DNA of 63,972 bases, counting the filler, from Octopus bimaculoides (Eukaryota): assembly GCF_001194135.2 (NCBI RefSeq). It is 8 parts of 8 records of this genome, joined end to end, with 100 filler letters (N's around TTAATTAATTAA, not from the genome) between each part and the next. Parts side by side here need not be neighbours in the genome. Positions count along the whole stretch, not along the records: positions 1 to 19,151 come from NC_069006.1; positions 19,252 to 36,215 come from NC_069003.1; 6 more parts are not named here. One strand, given 5' to 3'. Below the pieces are notes generated by a model that ran no database searches, was not told the DNA's origin, and saw nothing but the letters and a program-made list of their open reading frames with translations. Shown here one piece after another: positions 11,238-23,849 of this stretch. The translations under genes and the position numbers were made by a program. How positions within the stretch are numbered: position 1 is the stretch's first letter; each line of letters starts with the position of its first letter.

Positions 11238-11837
11238 AAACTTCACTTGCGAAGACCTGTTGAGTAAAGTTAAGTCATTAATGTGGCCGATGACAGTACC
11301 GCCTGATTGGCACCCATGCCAGTGGCACGTAAAAAGCACCATTCGAGCGTGATCGATGCCAGTGCTGCCTGACTGGTCCTGTGCTGGTGGCACATAACAA
11401 GTATCATTCGAGCATGGTTGTTGCTAGTCCCGCCTGACTGGCTCCCGTGCCGGTGGCATGTAAAAAGCACCATTCAAGCGTGGTCGTTGCCAGTGCCGCC
11501 TCAATGCCTCAATGGTCCCATGCTGGTGGCACATAAAAAGCACCATTTGAGCGTGGTTGTTGCCAGTCCCATCTGACTGGCTCCCATGCCAGTGGCACAT
11601 GAAAAGCACCATTCAAGTGTGGTCAATGCCAGTACCGCCTGACTGGTCCTCATGTCGGTGGTACGTAAAAAGCACCTACTACATTCTCGGAGTAGTTGGC
11701 ATTAGGAAGGGCATCCAGCTGTAGAAACTTTGCCAGATCGGATTAGACCCTGGTGCAGGCTTCTGGCTTGCCAGTCCTCAGTCAAGCCATCCAACCCATG
11801 CCAGCATGGAAAGCAGACGCTAAACGATGATGATGAT
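11238..11837 (+). mobile_element. RTE LINE 3' UTR copy with six ~65-bp tandem units and GAT tail
   Basis: Reverse complement of the UTR at 39265-39780. Recurring units tgccagt...gtgccagtggcac.taaaaagcaccattcgagcg. Confidence 0.9.
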
Positions 11838-12315
11838 AAACATATATAGTTTATATTCATATAAAAGAAGACAAAGAAAATGGAGATTGGGAAGTTAATA
11901 ATTGTTTATTATTAACAACAAATTAATCACCATCCCTTACAGCTGTTTCAATTAATACTCAGTGAATATTAATTAAGCATTAAATTCATATGACCTGAGC
12001 ATAATATCTTCAGAGTGATGTTATGCTCAGAGGGCTAACCTGGAGTTAATCAACAACAACAACTCCTCCTCTTCCTCCTCCTCCTCCTCCTACTACTACT
12101 ACAGATGTATTTGATGCTTAAAGAATTAGTATGTTGTAAAAGATTTCTGAAGACAAAGACCATAGTTATACAGAATTCCTCTTTTGAAAGATTATTTTTA
12201 CTCAATGTAGATCCCTCACATGACCAAAATGTCCTCCTAACTCTTTAGCATTTAAACTGACCAAATCTTGCCACTCACACCTACCCTACACTGCCAACCT
12301 AAAAATAACCAATTA

Positions 12316-12552
12316 CAGTAATCCCTCAACTATTGCCGGTCTTATGTTCCAAAAGCTCCTGCGATCGGTGAAAATCTGTGAAGTAGAAACAGTACTGTAC
12401 TGTATATTTTTTTTTATTATTTTTATAATTTGTATATATTTATTTTATTATAAATACAAAACAACACCACGGAGGAATCGGCGTAAGCTTAAACAATAAA
12501 CCACGATAGGTGAACCATGACTGGTGAACCACGATATGTTGAGGGATTACTG
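12316..12552. mobile_element. pogo/Tigger-like MITE
   Basis: TIRs cagtaatccctcaac and gttgagggattactg, with TA on both sides. Confidence 0.85.
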
Positions 12553-12828
12553 TACATTATATTAATCTTGAAGTTACTAGATAATGCAGGATTAATTCAA
12601 AACAACATGAAATAAAGTTTCTTGCTCAAGAACACGACACACAGCCCATTCCAGGGATCAAACTCACTACCTCATGACTATGAGCCCGACACTCTAACCA
12701 CTAACTATATATATATATATNNNNNNNNNNNNNNNNNNNNNNNNNNNNNNNNNNNNNNNNNNNNNNNNNNNNNNNNNNNNNNNNNNNNNNNNNNNNNNNN
12801 NNNNNNNNNNNNNNNNNNNNTATGTATG

Positions 12829-12861
<33 letters not shown>

Positions 12862-13000
12862 ATATATACAGAAGGAAATGGAAGGAGGTTGGGAGGTAGT
12901 GAAAGAGAGATGTATTAGCTACAGTCAGGTTTTGATGGTTATCTTTTTCTTTAATCAGTGTAAGCCATTGGAGCATGACCATGACAGGTAAAATATACAT

Positions 13001-13046
<46 letters not shown>

Positions 13047-13314
13047 TGATTACACATACACATACAGAAGCAAACAAATAAATGCAGGTGGTTATTTGTG
13101 AAGCAGTGGACATCATGCTGGGCTTTTATAGGGTTTTCTGATTTATTTGGCTGTGACCAAATACTGGTCAGTTTAATTATTGCCCGCCCTCCCCTCCTTC
13201 AGATGGGTATAAAATATTTATGTGCCAGCTACTGTGCATTGTCAGTATATTGAATATATAATGAGGAAACTGGAAACACCCCGCAAGACCACTGACCGTT
13301 AGATAAATCCAATA

Positions 13315-13348
<34 letters not shown>

Positions 13349-13513
13349 ACACGTTTGCATGTGTATGAGTGTATATGCACAAAAACACAGATACATACAC
13401 ACACACACACATATATGTATATATATATATGTATGTATATACATATACATATGTATACATGTATATATATACATATACATATGTATACATGTATATACAT
13501 ATATATATACATA

Positions 13514-13560
<47 letters not shown>

Positions 13561-14559
13561 NNNNNNNNNNNNNNNNNNNNNNNNNNNNNNNNNNNNNNNN
13601 NNNNNNNNNNNNNNNNNNNNNNNNNNNNNNNNNNNNNNNNNNNNNNNNNNNNNNNNNNNNNNNNNNNNNNNNNNNNNNNNNNNNNNNNNNNNNNNNNNNN
13701 NNNNNNNNNNNNNNNNNNNNNNNNNNNNNNNNNNNNNNNNNNNNNNNNNNNNNNNNNNNNNNNNNNNNNNNNNNNNNNNNNNNNNNNNNNNNNNNNNNNN
13801 NNNNNNNNNNNNNNNNNNNNNNNNNNNNNNNNNNNNNNNNNNNNNNNNNNNNNNNNNNNNNNNNNNNNNNNNNNNNNNNNNNNNNNNNNNNNNNNNNNNN
13901 NNNNNNNNNNNNNNNNNNNNNNNNNNNNNNNNNNNNNNNNNNNNNNNNNNNNNNNNNNNNNNNNNNNNNNNNNNNNNNNNNNNNNNNNNNNNNNNNNNNN
14001 NNNNNNNNNNNNNNNNNNNNNNNNNNNNNNNNNNNNNNNNNNNNNNNNNNNNNNNNNNNNNNNNNNNNNNNNNNNNNNNNNNNNNNNNNNNNNNNNNNNN
14101 NNNNNNNNNNNNNNNNNNNNNNNNNNNNNNNNNNNNNNNNNNNNNNNNNNNNNNNNNNNNNNNNNNNNNNNNNNNNNNNNNNNNNNNNNNNNNNNNNNNN
14201 NNNNNNNNNNNNNNNNNNNNNNNNNNNNNNNNNNNNNNNNNNNNNNNNNNNNNNNNNNNNNNNNNNNNNNNNNNNNNNNNNNNNNNNNNNNNNNNNNNNN
14301 NNNNNNNNNNNNNNNNNNNNNNNNNNNNNNNNNNNNNNNNNNNNNNNNNNNNNNNNNNNNNNNNNNNNNNNNNNNNNNNNNNNNNNNNNNNNNNNNNNNN
14401 NNNNNNTATATATATATATATATATATATATGGTGTCCTGCAAAAATATGCATTCATCCTTTAATTAACCCATTAGAAATAATGATGATAACCCGACTAA
14501 GCTTTGAACACAGACAGTAATTCCTAAAGTGCAGCAAATGGAAGTTTGAGACCACAAAT

Positions 14560-15590
14560 GGAGAGCTAAAACAGGTTAGAAGGGATTTTCAGACAGGTCT
14601 ACGCATGCAGTCTTACCATAATTTGCAATAGAGATAAGTTTGAATGAGATGGAACTGTTCAGAATGGCTATTAAAAAAATGGTCTGGAAGACTGTGGATG
14701 TAATTGGTGAAGTCTACAAAGCATTGATGAATTCCAGAAAAGGCAGCAGAAGTGTATTGCCAGAGTTTAAGAAAATCTGTATTCTGCAAGAATGCCATGA
14801 GATAGGAATTTCAAAGGCAAGCATCAATTGCATTTTAAAGTTCGGTCATTGGAAAAGTCATATTCCAAGAATAATCCAAACTCTTAAAGAAGATAATCCA
14901 GATCAAAGAGTGGAATTTTGTGAGTGGTATTTAGCAAGATGTTCAGAAAATGCAAAAATTGTTCAGCAAAAATCGTTCAGAATGATGAAAGCACATTTAA
15001 ATTAAATGGCTCAATTAACCACCAGAATGGCACCCAATTGTGACCTATGAATCTGCATATTATGATGGGACATCATGTTAATTTACCAGGAATTACAGTA
15101 TGGTGTGGATTATCTTCAAAAGGATTTAATTGGACCATTCTTTTTTGATAGTTCTGTGACTGGTACCATTTACTTGAACTTGCTTTAGCGATCTGTGGTG
15201 CCAAGATTCCCAGAGGACTTTGAGGATGTGGAGTTTTGTTTCCAGCAAAATGGGTCTCCCTCACACTGCCATAATAATAATGTAAGGGTCTACCTTGACG
15301 AGATTTTGACAAGCAGGTAGATTGCACAAAAAAAGGTTCAGTACAATATCCTCTGCATTCATCAGATGCCACACCACTAGATTTTTTTCTAATGAGGATA
15401 TTTAAAGAATAAAGTTTACAATAACAAGAAAAATTGGCAAGTCAATAAACTAAGGGCAGCCATTTAACAAGAACATACACAAATACTGAACCAAAATGTT
15501 TCTTGACGTTTGCGATTCCATTGCTTCCTGCTATTGGCAGAGTCGGGATGAAAATGGTCATTAGTTTCAAAGCAGACATTCATAAAGGAA
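14560..15590 (+). pseudogene. Decayed IS630-Tc1-mariner superfamily transposase
   Basis: Across stops and frameshifts: EIGISKASINCILK...EDNPDQRVEFCEW...DESTFKLNGSIN...[22 protein letters not shown]...FQQNGSPSH...DATPLDFFL. Confidence 0.9.
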
Positions 15591-15784
15591 AAAAAATTCT
15601 GTTCATAGATTTGATTGAATTTTGAAAATGGAATGTATTTTAGTAAATATTGACTTCCTAATCATTGAATGTGTGTGTGTGTTTGTGTATACACACACAC
15701 ACACATGCATTACTTTAGTGTACATTTAATAAAGATATAAAAAGAGACATATCATTTTCATACTAGTTTAAATCTGAAAATTTG

Positions 15785-15901
15785 ATAGAATGACAGAGAT
15801 GGATGGATGGATGGATGGATAGACACAGATAGATGGATAGATAGATAAACATATAGATAGATAGATAGACAGGCTGATACATAGATAGATAGATAGATAG
15901 G

Positions 15902-15937
<36 letters not shown>

Positions 15938-16270
15938 CAGATATGTATGTATAGAAAGACAGATAGATAGATAGACAGGCTGATAGAAAGATAGATAGAC
16001 AGACAAAGAGCAGACAGATAGATAGATTGATAGATAGAAGGATAGACAGGTAGATTTCTTTATTTAGCCACACAGGGCTTAACACAGAGGGGACAATACA
16101 ATGTAGAATTTTTCTTTTTCGAAGTTGATCAAAATAGATAGATAGATAGATAGATAGATAGAGATATGGATAGGTAGGAAAAAGATAGATAGATCTAGGC
16201 AGATATAAAACAGATAGGTAAATACACAGACAGATATAGTTAGATATACAGATTGATAGAAAGATAAAAG
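15785..16270. repeat. (GATA)n-rich tract; similar tracts at about 48520-48610 and 51360-51730
   Basis: Visible directly. Confidence 0.9.
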
Positions 16271-17727
16271 TTTGCAGATAAAAGTAAAAAAAAAAAAATT
16301 CATTAAAAAAAATATATATAGATATAAATATTACCCACCTAAATTTATAATCCAATCCAACAGACCCGTAAAAAGGATATTAAATCCAGTGATTCAGCAA
16401 GAAATTAAAATATTAACCAGAAAGATCAAATATCGTTATACTTTTGATTATAATGATTATTACTATTGTTATTGTTATTATTATTGTTGTTATTCTTTTG
16501 TTTTAATATCAACCGTATAATCTTCCTTTTCTGTCGATGTATTTTTCGTTCCCACGTTCTCTTCCTTATAAAACTATTTGTGATGTTTTGTTTTAAATCC
16601 ACCAATTTTTAGTCCAAATTAATTTTCGAAATAGCTTCCCAGTTTTACTGTTCTTTTTTTTTTTTCTCTCGTTCTGTTTGTGTTTTGTTAATGTTTTATT
16701 TTAATTTTTTATGCTGCTGTTGTTGTTGTTATCATTAAAAGTGACTTAAGTGTGTAGTGTTGTGTTAAGTCTAACTCCTCTGGTGTTGCACTGTTTGTTT
16801 GATAGAGGTAGGATTGTCCTCTCTGTTCCGCTCACTCGCTCGACTGCTTGCCCAACACCACAAGCTCACTAGTTTTCTCTGCATGGGTGTGTGTGTGTGT
16901 GTGTGTGTGAGCTTAGTGAATGCAGGTGAATAAGAGGAGAGGTGTGACAGCACTATAGGTGTGTGCTGGAAGGACAGGTAGAGTGATTACAGGTGAGTGA
17001 TTGAGAAATGGGACAATCAGAAGAGAATGTCTCAGGTGGATAGAAGGAGGTGATGGGAAGAGTTATTATGGCGAGGAAGAGAGAGGGAGAAAATGAAAGG
17101 GTAAGACAAAGAAAGGGAAACATATAAAGAGGTAGATAGATAGATAGAGATAGGTAGATAGATAGGTGGGTAAATAGATAGATAGGTGGATAGATACAAG
17201 CAAGTATATAAATAGATATAGGTAGATTGCTATCAAGATCAAAAGATATCAATATAAAAAGGTATTTATAAATAGATGTAGATATATATGTAAATATGTG
17301 TGTATATCTATCTATCTATCTATATATATATAGTACATATATGTGTGTGTATGTTTGTATTTATTTATTTATTTATGTATGTATATATACATATGTGTGT
17401 GTGTTTCAGTGTATGTGTAAGTGTATGTGTGTGTGTGTGTGTGTGTGTGTATGTTAAAGTGAAATATCAGGACGTAAAGGCAGGGACTGTAGGAGAGAGG
17501 GGGAAGAAAGGAAAGATTAAAAGAGTTGAGGGAGCGGGAAGAGGGGAGGAAGAATGCATTCTCTCTCTCTCTCTCTCCCTCTCTCTCCTTCTCTCTCTCT
17601 TCTTCTCTCTCTCTCTCTATGTCTCTGTCGCTCTTTCTCTGTCTTTCTATCTCTTTGTATATATATATAAGTGCATTATTTAAAAAGTCAACTGCTTGAC
17701 CACAGAGCTATACCTTTATGTAAACAC

Positions 17728-18272
17728 CATCATCATTTAACGTCCGCTTTCCATGCTAGCATGGGTTGGCCGATTTGACTGGGGACTGGCAAAGTGGATG
17801 GCTGTACCAGGCTCCAATCTGATCTGGCAGAGTTTCTACAGCTGGATGCCCTTCCTAATGCTAACCACTCTTTTTATGTGCCACCGGCACGAGGGCCAGT
17901 CAGGTAGTACTGGCAACAGCCATGCTCAGATGGTTATTTTTTATGTGCCACCTGCACAGGAGTCAGTCCAATGTTTTGTTCACATGCCACCGGCACAAGT
18001 GCCAGTAAGGCAAAGCTGGAAACGATCGCGCTCAAATGGTGCTTTTTATGTGCCACCGGCATGGGAGCAAAACCGCTGCTCTGGCAGTGATCCTGCTCGG
18101 ATGGTGCTGTTAGCGCTCCACTGGCACGGGTGCCAGTCATCAACTTTGGTTCAGTTTCAATCTCACTTGCCCAACAGGTCTTCACAAGCTGAGTTTAGTG
18201 TCCAAAGAAGGAAAGGTACGTATAAGTGGGCTGGCCACACCCCTGGTAAAGGCCACGGGTTATGGTCTCACT
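17728..18272 (-). mobile_element. RTE LINE 3' UTR copy with GAT tail
   Basis: Collinear with 39265-39853, including ggatgcccttcctaa and the gtgccaccggcac units. Ends at the ORF2 stop region. Confidence 0.9.
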
Positions 18273-18333
18273 TTAATTTATGTATAAATATATGCATATA
18301 TATATTTATATATATATGTATGTATTGGTTAGT

Positions 18334-19151
18334 GAGAGCTGTCAGTAAGGTGAGGGTTGGCAATGAGTACAGTGAAGAATTCCTGGTAGAGGTAGGGGTC
18401 CACCAAGGTTCAGTCCTCAGCCCCCTCCTATTTATCATAGTCCTCCAGGCAATAACAAAGGAATTCAAGACAGGATGCCCCTGGGAGCTCCTCTATGCTG
18501 ATGACCTTGCACTAATTGCTGAGTCACTATCAGAACTAGAGAAGTTTCAGGTGTGGAAGCAAGGACTTGAATCGAAGGGCCTTAGAGTCAACCTAGATAA
18601 AACCTAGATAAAACCAAAGTTCTAATAAGTAGGAAGGTAGACAAAACACAAACCCCTTCAGGTAGATGGCCCTGCTCGATCTGTAGAAATGACGTAGGTA
18701 GAAACTCTATAAAATGCACCCAGTGCAAGCTATGGACACATAAGAGGTGCATCAATATCAAAGGAAGGTTAACTAGCAAGTTAGTTTTTGTATGTAGCAG
18801 CTGTTCAAGAGCCATAAACACTGTAAATGTGCAGAAAACAACTTCTGCCACATTCCAGGGAGAAAAACTAGACGTAGTTGATAGCTTCCGCTATCTAGGT
18901 GACCAAGTTAGTAGTGGGGGAGGGTGCGCTGAAAGTGTAGCTGCTAGAATAAGAATAGCCTGGGCAAAGTTCAGAGAGCTCTTACCTCTGTGGATGACAA
19001 GGGGCCTCTTACTCAGAGTAAAAGGCAGACTGTATGACGCATGTGTACGAACAGCCATACTTCATGGCAGTGAAACATGGGCTGTGACTGCTGAGGACAT
19101 GCGTAGGCTCGCAAGGAATGAAGCCAGTATGCTCCGATGGATGTGTAATGT
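18334..19151 (+). mobile_element. RTE-clade LINE ORF2 fragment (RT domain to C-terminal region), frameshifted
   Basis: GVHQGSVLSPLLF, LLYADDLALIA, FRYLGDQV and LHGSETW are typical non-LTR RT/RTE motifs. An 11-bp duplication (cctagataaaa) near 18591-18612 breaks the frame. Cut off by a scaffold spacer. Confidence 0.95.
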
Positions 19152-19251
19152 NNNNNNNNNNNNNNNNNNNNNNNNNNNNNNNNNNNNNNNNNNNNTTAAT
19201 TAATTAANNNNNNNNNNNNNNNNNNNNNNNNNNNNNNNNNNNNNNNNNNNN
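19152..19251. other. Artificial scaffold-join spacer
   Basis: 44 N + TTAATTAATTAA + 44 N. Confidence 0.97.
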
Positions 19252-20514
19252 CCACTTCAGAAGTACATTAATGCCTTCTGTGTATAAATGGGTTTTGTTA
19301 AGGGGTGTGTGTGTGTGTATACGTGTATATATGAAATATATGAGCATGTAAAAGGTGTTTTTGTACATGTGTGTGAATGATATATGACTTTCTGTGTGTG
19401 TGTGTGTGTGTATTTGTGTGTGAATGAATATTATGTTTCTCTTGTGTGTGTGTGTGTATGTAAATTCTATTGTGTGTGTGTGTGTGTGTGTGTATGCAAA
19501 TTCTTGTGTGTGCATGTATGTATATGAATATGCAAATGATTGTATGTATATGTGTTTATGTATATATAATATATATATGTGTGTGTGTGTATGTAAATAA
19601 GTGTTTCTGTAAGTGTGAATATGTTTGTATATATATGTGTGTTTGTGTGTCTGTATGAATGTATTTGAGTGTATTATAAATATGGATTTGTATGTGTGTA
19701 TATATGTATTTGTATGTGTGTATATATGTATTTGTGTTTGTGTATAATTGTTATTTTTGCATTGTTTCCAAAACAAGTCATCATCATTAATTATTATTAC
19801 ATAATAATTATTATCACAATTATCAGTCATAACTATTATCATTATGCTATTAATTATATTTATCTCGACAGACAATCATGTTGTTCTCTTCTTTTTTTTC
19901 TTCAAGTGTTTATTCCTTGTTTATTTTATGTCGGGGGTTGTCTTCAGTGGTTGTTTTTGTGAAGCATTCAATATGTTGTCGAGGATTTATTTTGGTTCTT
20001 CAAGGAGATTCACAATAACAAGAACAATTACACATAATTACATGATGAGACACTAAAGAGGGAGAAAACAAAGCAAAAGAAACCTTTTTTTTTTGTTTTT
20101 CTTTTGGCCTCCCTCTATGAATATTGACAAATTACTTGGCAGGAGGAGATTTCTAGTGGTTTGTGATAGTAGGGGCTGTGTTGTGATGGCGGTGGTGGTG
20201 GTGGTAGTAGTAGTAGTAGGAAGTTGTGCTGTAGTTGCAGTGGTAGCAGTTGTGGAGTGTTGGTTGGCTGCTGTGGTTGCAGCTGTAGTGGTGGTTATGG
20301 TAGGTGTGAGGTGTTTCTTTGGTTGTCGTGGTATTGTTGCTGTTGGTGGTGGTAGTGGTGGTAGAAGAGGGTTGTGTTGTGATGGTGATGGTAGTAGTGG
20401 TAGGTATAACGAATTTTGGTCATGGTTTTAGTGTCTTTCAAGGTCAGGGTAGTAGTTGACACTTAGATTAAGAATACATTACACTTGGTTTGAGTGATGG
20501 CGGAGGGATGTTTA

Positions 20515-20552
<38 letters not shown>

Positions 20553-21015
20553 GGTGGCGAGCTGGCAGAACCGTTAGCATGCTAGGCGAAATGCTTACCA
20601 GTATTTTTCGTTTTCCACAACGTTCTGAGTTCAAATTCCGCTGAGGTCGACTTTGCCTTTCAAGGTCTATTAGATAAGTACCAGTTACGCACTGGGGTCG
20701 ATGTAATTGACTTAATCCCTTCCCACAAAAAATTAGTGGCCTTGTGCTTCCCAGTAGAAAGGATTATTATCATTATAGGTGATGAGCTGGCAGAATCGTT
20801 AGCACGCCAAGCAAAATGCTTAGCGGTATTCCGTCTGTCTTTATGTTCTGAGTTCAAATTCCACCGAGGTCAACTTTGCCTTTCATCTTTCTGGGGGTCG
20901 ATAAATTAAGTACCAGTTGCGTACTGGGGTCAATCTAACCGACTGGCCTCTCCCCCCAAATTTCCAGCCTTGTGCCTGGAGTAAAAAGATTATTATTATT
21001 ATTATTATTATTATT
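20553..21015 (+). mobile_element. Two head-to-tail SINE B copies with ATT tails
   Basis: Heads at 20553 and 20778, each followed by (att)n. Confidence 0.88.
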
Positions 21016-21851
21016 GGTGGTGATGGTAGTGTTGGGGTAATAAGCAGTATCGGAAAAAGGAATTTGTAAGTGATGGTGGTTAATGATAATAGGGGCACAT
21101 TTGACAATGATGATGATGATGACGATGATGACTGTGACAGCAGTGGTGGTGGTGGTGGGGGTGGTAATGAGGTAATGATAATTGTCATCATCCTTTTTTC
21201 CTCGTTCATAGCTGGTGATAACGGTGGTCGGTGTTGATAATGATGATTGCCGTCATCATCATCGGATTGTGGTGGTGGTGGTGATGATAAAGGTGGTAAA
21301 CCATTTCGGTGGATGGGTGGGGGGAGTACAACAGCAGCAGCAGCAGCGGTGGTGGTGGTGGTGGTGGTGATGGTGAATGCTCCCTGACAAATTATACTGG
21401 AAGTGTATAATAGATGTATAACAAATAAACAAACAAACAAAAAAGAGTTGGCAAAGTGAAATGGGTTAACTCTCCCACCACTCCCCACCCCCACCACTCC
21501 CACACTCCTTTCTCTTTCTCTCAAATGATCTGCCTTTTGTGTGTGCGTATGTGTAGTGCACACACATGCATGGAATCACACGCTCTTACACATACATACA
21601 CTCACACACACACACACTTACATACACACATGCACTTACACTTGTGCATCCATGCATTCTTTTACACTTACACACACACACTTTTACATACATGCCATCT
21701 CTTACGCACACACACACACATACACATTCTTAAACGTGCATACACACACTCTTACATACACACACACACACGTACTTACACATACACACGCACCCTCTTA
21801 CAATTATTCACACATACACACGCACCCTCTTAAAATTATTCACACACTCAT

Positions 21852-21886
<35 letters not shown>

Positions 21887-22187
21887 CATGCATGTTGGAA
21901 TATACAGCTTCATCTTCATTTTGTTCCACTTGAAGCAGTCAGTAGTTACAACAGCCACCCCCACACCATATCCGCTGCTGCCGCTTTGCCCCCCCCCCCC
22001 AGATGTTGTTAATGTTGAAGCCCCTCTGCGGCTTGTCTCTTTCAATGCCATCATGTCATGATTGTGTTAAAGCAGGGGTTGCTGAATAAACAAGGGGAAC
22101 CCTTAACAAAGCTCTCCTCCCTTTCACTGTGTATATACATCATCACATCACACATGCGCTACACCGTATCACGCAAGCACACTATTT

Positions 22188-22221
<34 letters not shown>

Positions 22222-22315
22222 CTATATCTCACACACTACATTATATCATATATACTTTATCACGTATGCTACATGCGCACACACACTTTCATACTCACAC
22301 ACACGCACACACACG

Positions 22316-22346
<31 letters not shown>

Positions 22347-22359
22347 TATTATATCACAC

Positions 22360-22529
22360 GTGGCTGTGTGGTAAGTAGCTTGCTTACCAACCACATGGTT
22401 CCGGGTTCATTCCCATTGCGTGGCACCTTGGGCAAGTGTCTTCTACTATAGCCTCGGGCCGACCAAAGCCTTGTGAGTGGATTTGGTAGACAGAAACTGA
22501 ATGAAACCTGTCGTATATATATATGTATG

Positions 22530-22566
<37 letters not shown>

Positions 22567-22774
22567 ATATGTTTGTGTGTCTGTGTTTGTTCCCCCAACA
22601 TCGCTTGACAACCGATGCTGGTGTGTTTAGGTCCCCGTAAAATTAGCGGTTCGGTAAAAGAGACCGATAGAATAAGTACTAGGCTTCCAAAGAATAAGTC
22701 CTGGGGTCCATTTGCTTGACTAAAGGTGGTGCTCCAGCATGGCCACAGTCAAATGACTGAAACAAGTAAAAGAG
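22360..22774 (+). mobile_element. SINE family A, near full-length
   Basis: Collinear with 10391-10801. Confidence 0.9.
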
Positions 22775-22794
22775 TATATCATTAAAATCTTGAT

Positions 22795-23057
22795 TGGAAT
22801 GAATAAGCATTACATTTGACAGAGTAAACTAAATGTTAACATGTTAAAGCAGCCAATATGAGGCCCAAATATTCTGCCTGTTTTATAATTCAGACTAGCC
22901 AGATGTGACCTCTGACACCTTACCCTGCAATGACATTCTGAAAAACAGTTACACCACTGAAATCTCAAAGCTATGATATAAAGCATGATTAATTCGAAAC
23001 AATGTGAATTGATAAGCATTTTGTTCGACAGAGTAATCCAAATTGCTAAAGAGTTAA
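22795..23057 (+). mobile_element. TTAA-ended (piggyBac-like) MITE family; other pieces at about 12238-12300, 24050-24135 and 33431-33480
   Basis: Ends in gctaaagagttaa. The complementary ttaac(t/c)(c/t)tttagcatt starts the other fragments, and 24050-24135 is the reverse complement of this copy's 3' end. Confidence 0.6.
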
Positions 23058-23448
23058 AGCTCTTTTCTGACATACATTCGTGAGTCCTTGCCTGTCCCTG
23101 TTGACCACATCTCAAGTCTTCTCCACCACCACCACCACCACCACCACCACCACCACCACTACAGCTGCTGCTGCTGCTACAACTCTGTGGAACATTTAGA
23201 AGTGTTACTCCTTGACATACCATTCCTTTATGAATTCATTCTCTAAACAGCCTGTCCAGTCACCTTTCCCAACACACACACTCTCTGATCTAGTATGTTA
23301 TTCCTTTCTCTGCATACCACTACACTAGTACTTGTGATTTGCCACTCAGAAATGTTCCTCTACTCAAGTGCTCTTTGTGTGCCACTCGATGCTCATGTTA
23401 CGCTCAAAAATGTTCCACCTCTCAAAAACACTTTTGTATCATTTATTA

Positions 23449-23479
<31 letters not shown>

Positions 23480-23482
<3 letters not shown>

Positions 23483-23849
23483 CATCTCCGCCTTAGCGAA
23501 GGCAGAGGTATTGTTTTCAGTTGTGTTTGTTTGTTTGTCTGTGGACATGATATCTCAAAAATCCGCTGGATGGATTCCGATGAAACTTTCAGGCGTGTTT
23601 AGCCTCATGACTGGCACAAACTAATTAGATTTTGGGATCGATCCGGTACTGGACAAGGATTCTGGATTATTTTTCCTGATTTTTTTACTTAATTTTTGAG
23701 AGCGGTCAGGTTCATTTTTAGTATTCTCGTTTGTGAGAGCAGTCGAGTTTATTTCAGATGTTCTCATTTCAAAAATCATCTCTGGCTAATCGTTGAGAGG
23801 ATGTTGGTGTTGCCTTGGTGAAGGTTTGCGCTCTCTGAGTGCTCTTGTT
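23480..23849 (+). mobile_element. Helentron/Helitron2-type non-autonomous element (HINE-like)
   Basis: 5' ctccgccttagcgaaggcagag hairpin, (gttt)n tract, repeated subterminal motif ccttggtgaagg, 3' hairpin gcgctc-tct-gagtgc ending in a T-rich site. Confidence 0.7.

Noticed and set aside
11290-11690. Regularly spaced repeats with short dyads resembling a CRISPR array
   Set aside because: The units are contiguous degenerate tandem repeats without unique spacers, lie in a LINE 3' UTR of a eukaryote, and no cas genes are present.
11935-12020. Hammerhead ribozyme on the minus strand (CTGAAGA...GAAAC); similar remnant at about 35013-35038
   Set aside because: In the first, CTGAAGA is about 30 nt away from the stem preceding GAAAC. 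In the second, GAAA is mutated. At most these are dead Penelope-type relics.
17753-18330. N-terminal part of the 284-aa ORF as an extension of the reverse transcriptase
   Set aside because: It is the antisense of a LINE 3' UTR plus a TA tract that happens to be in frame. Only about 18334 onward is RT.
21930-22060. Pro-rich stretch as an N-terminal eya exon
   Set aside because: No convincing donor site, a stop codon follows, and there is no EYA-like motif.
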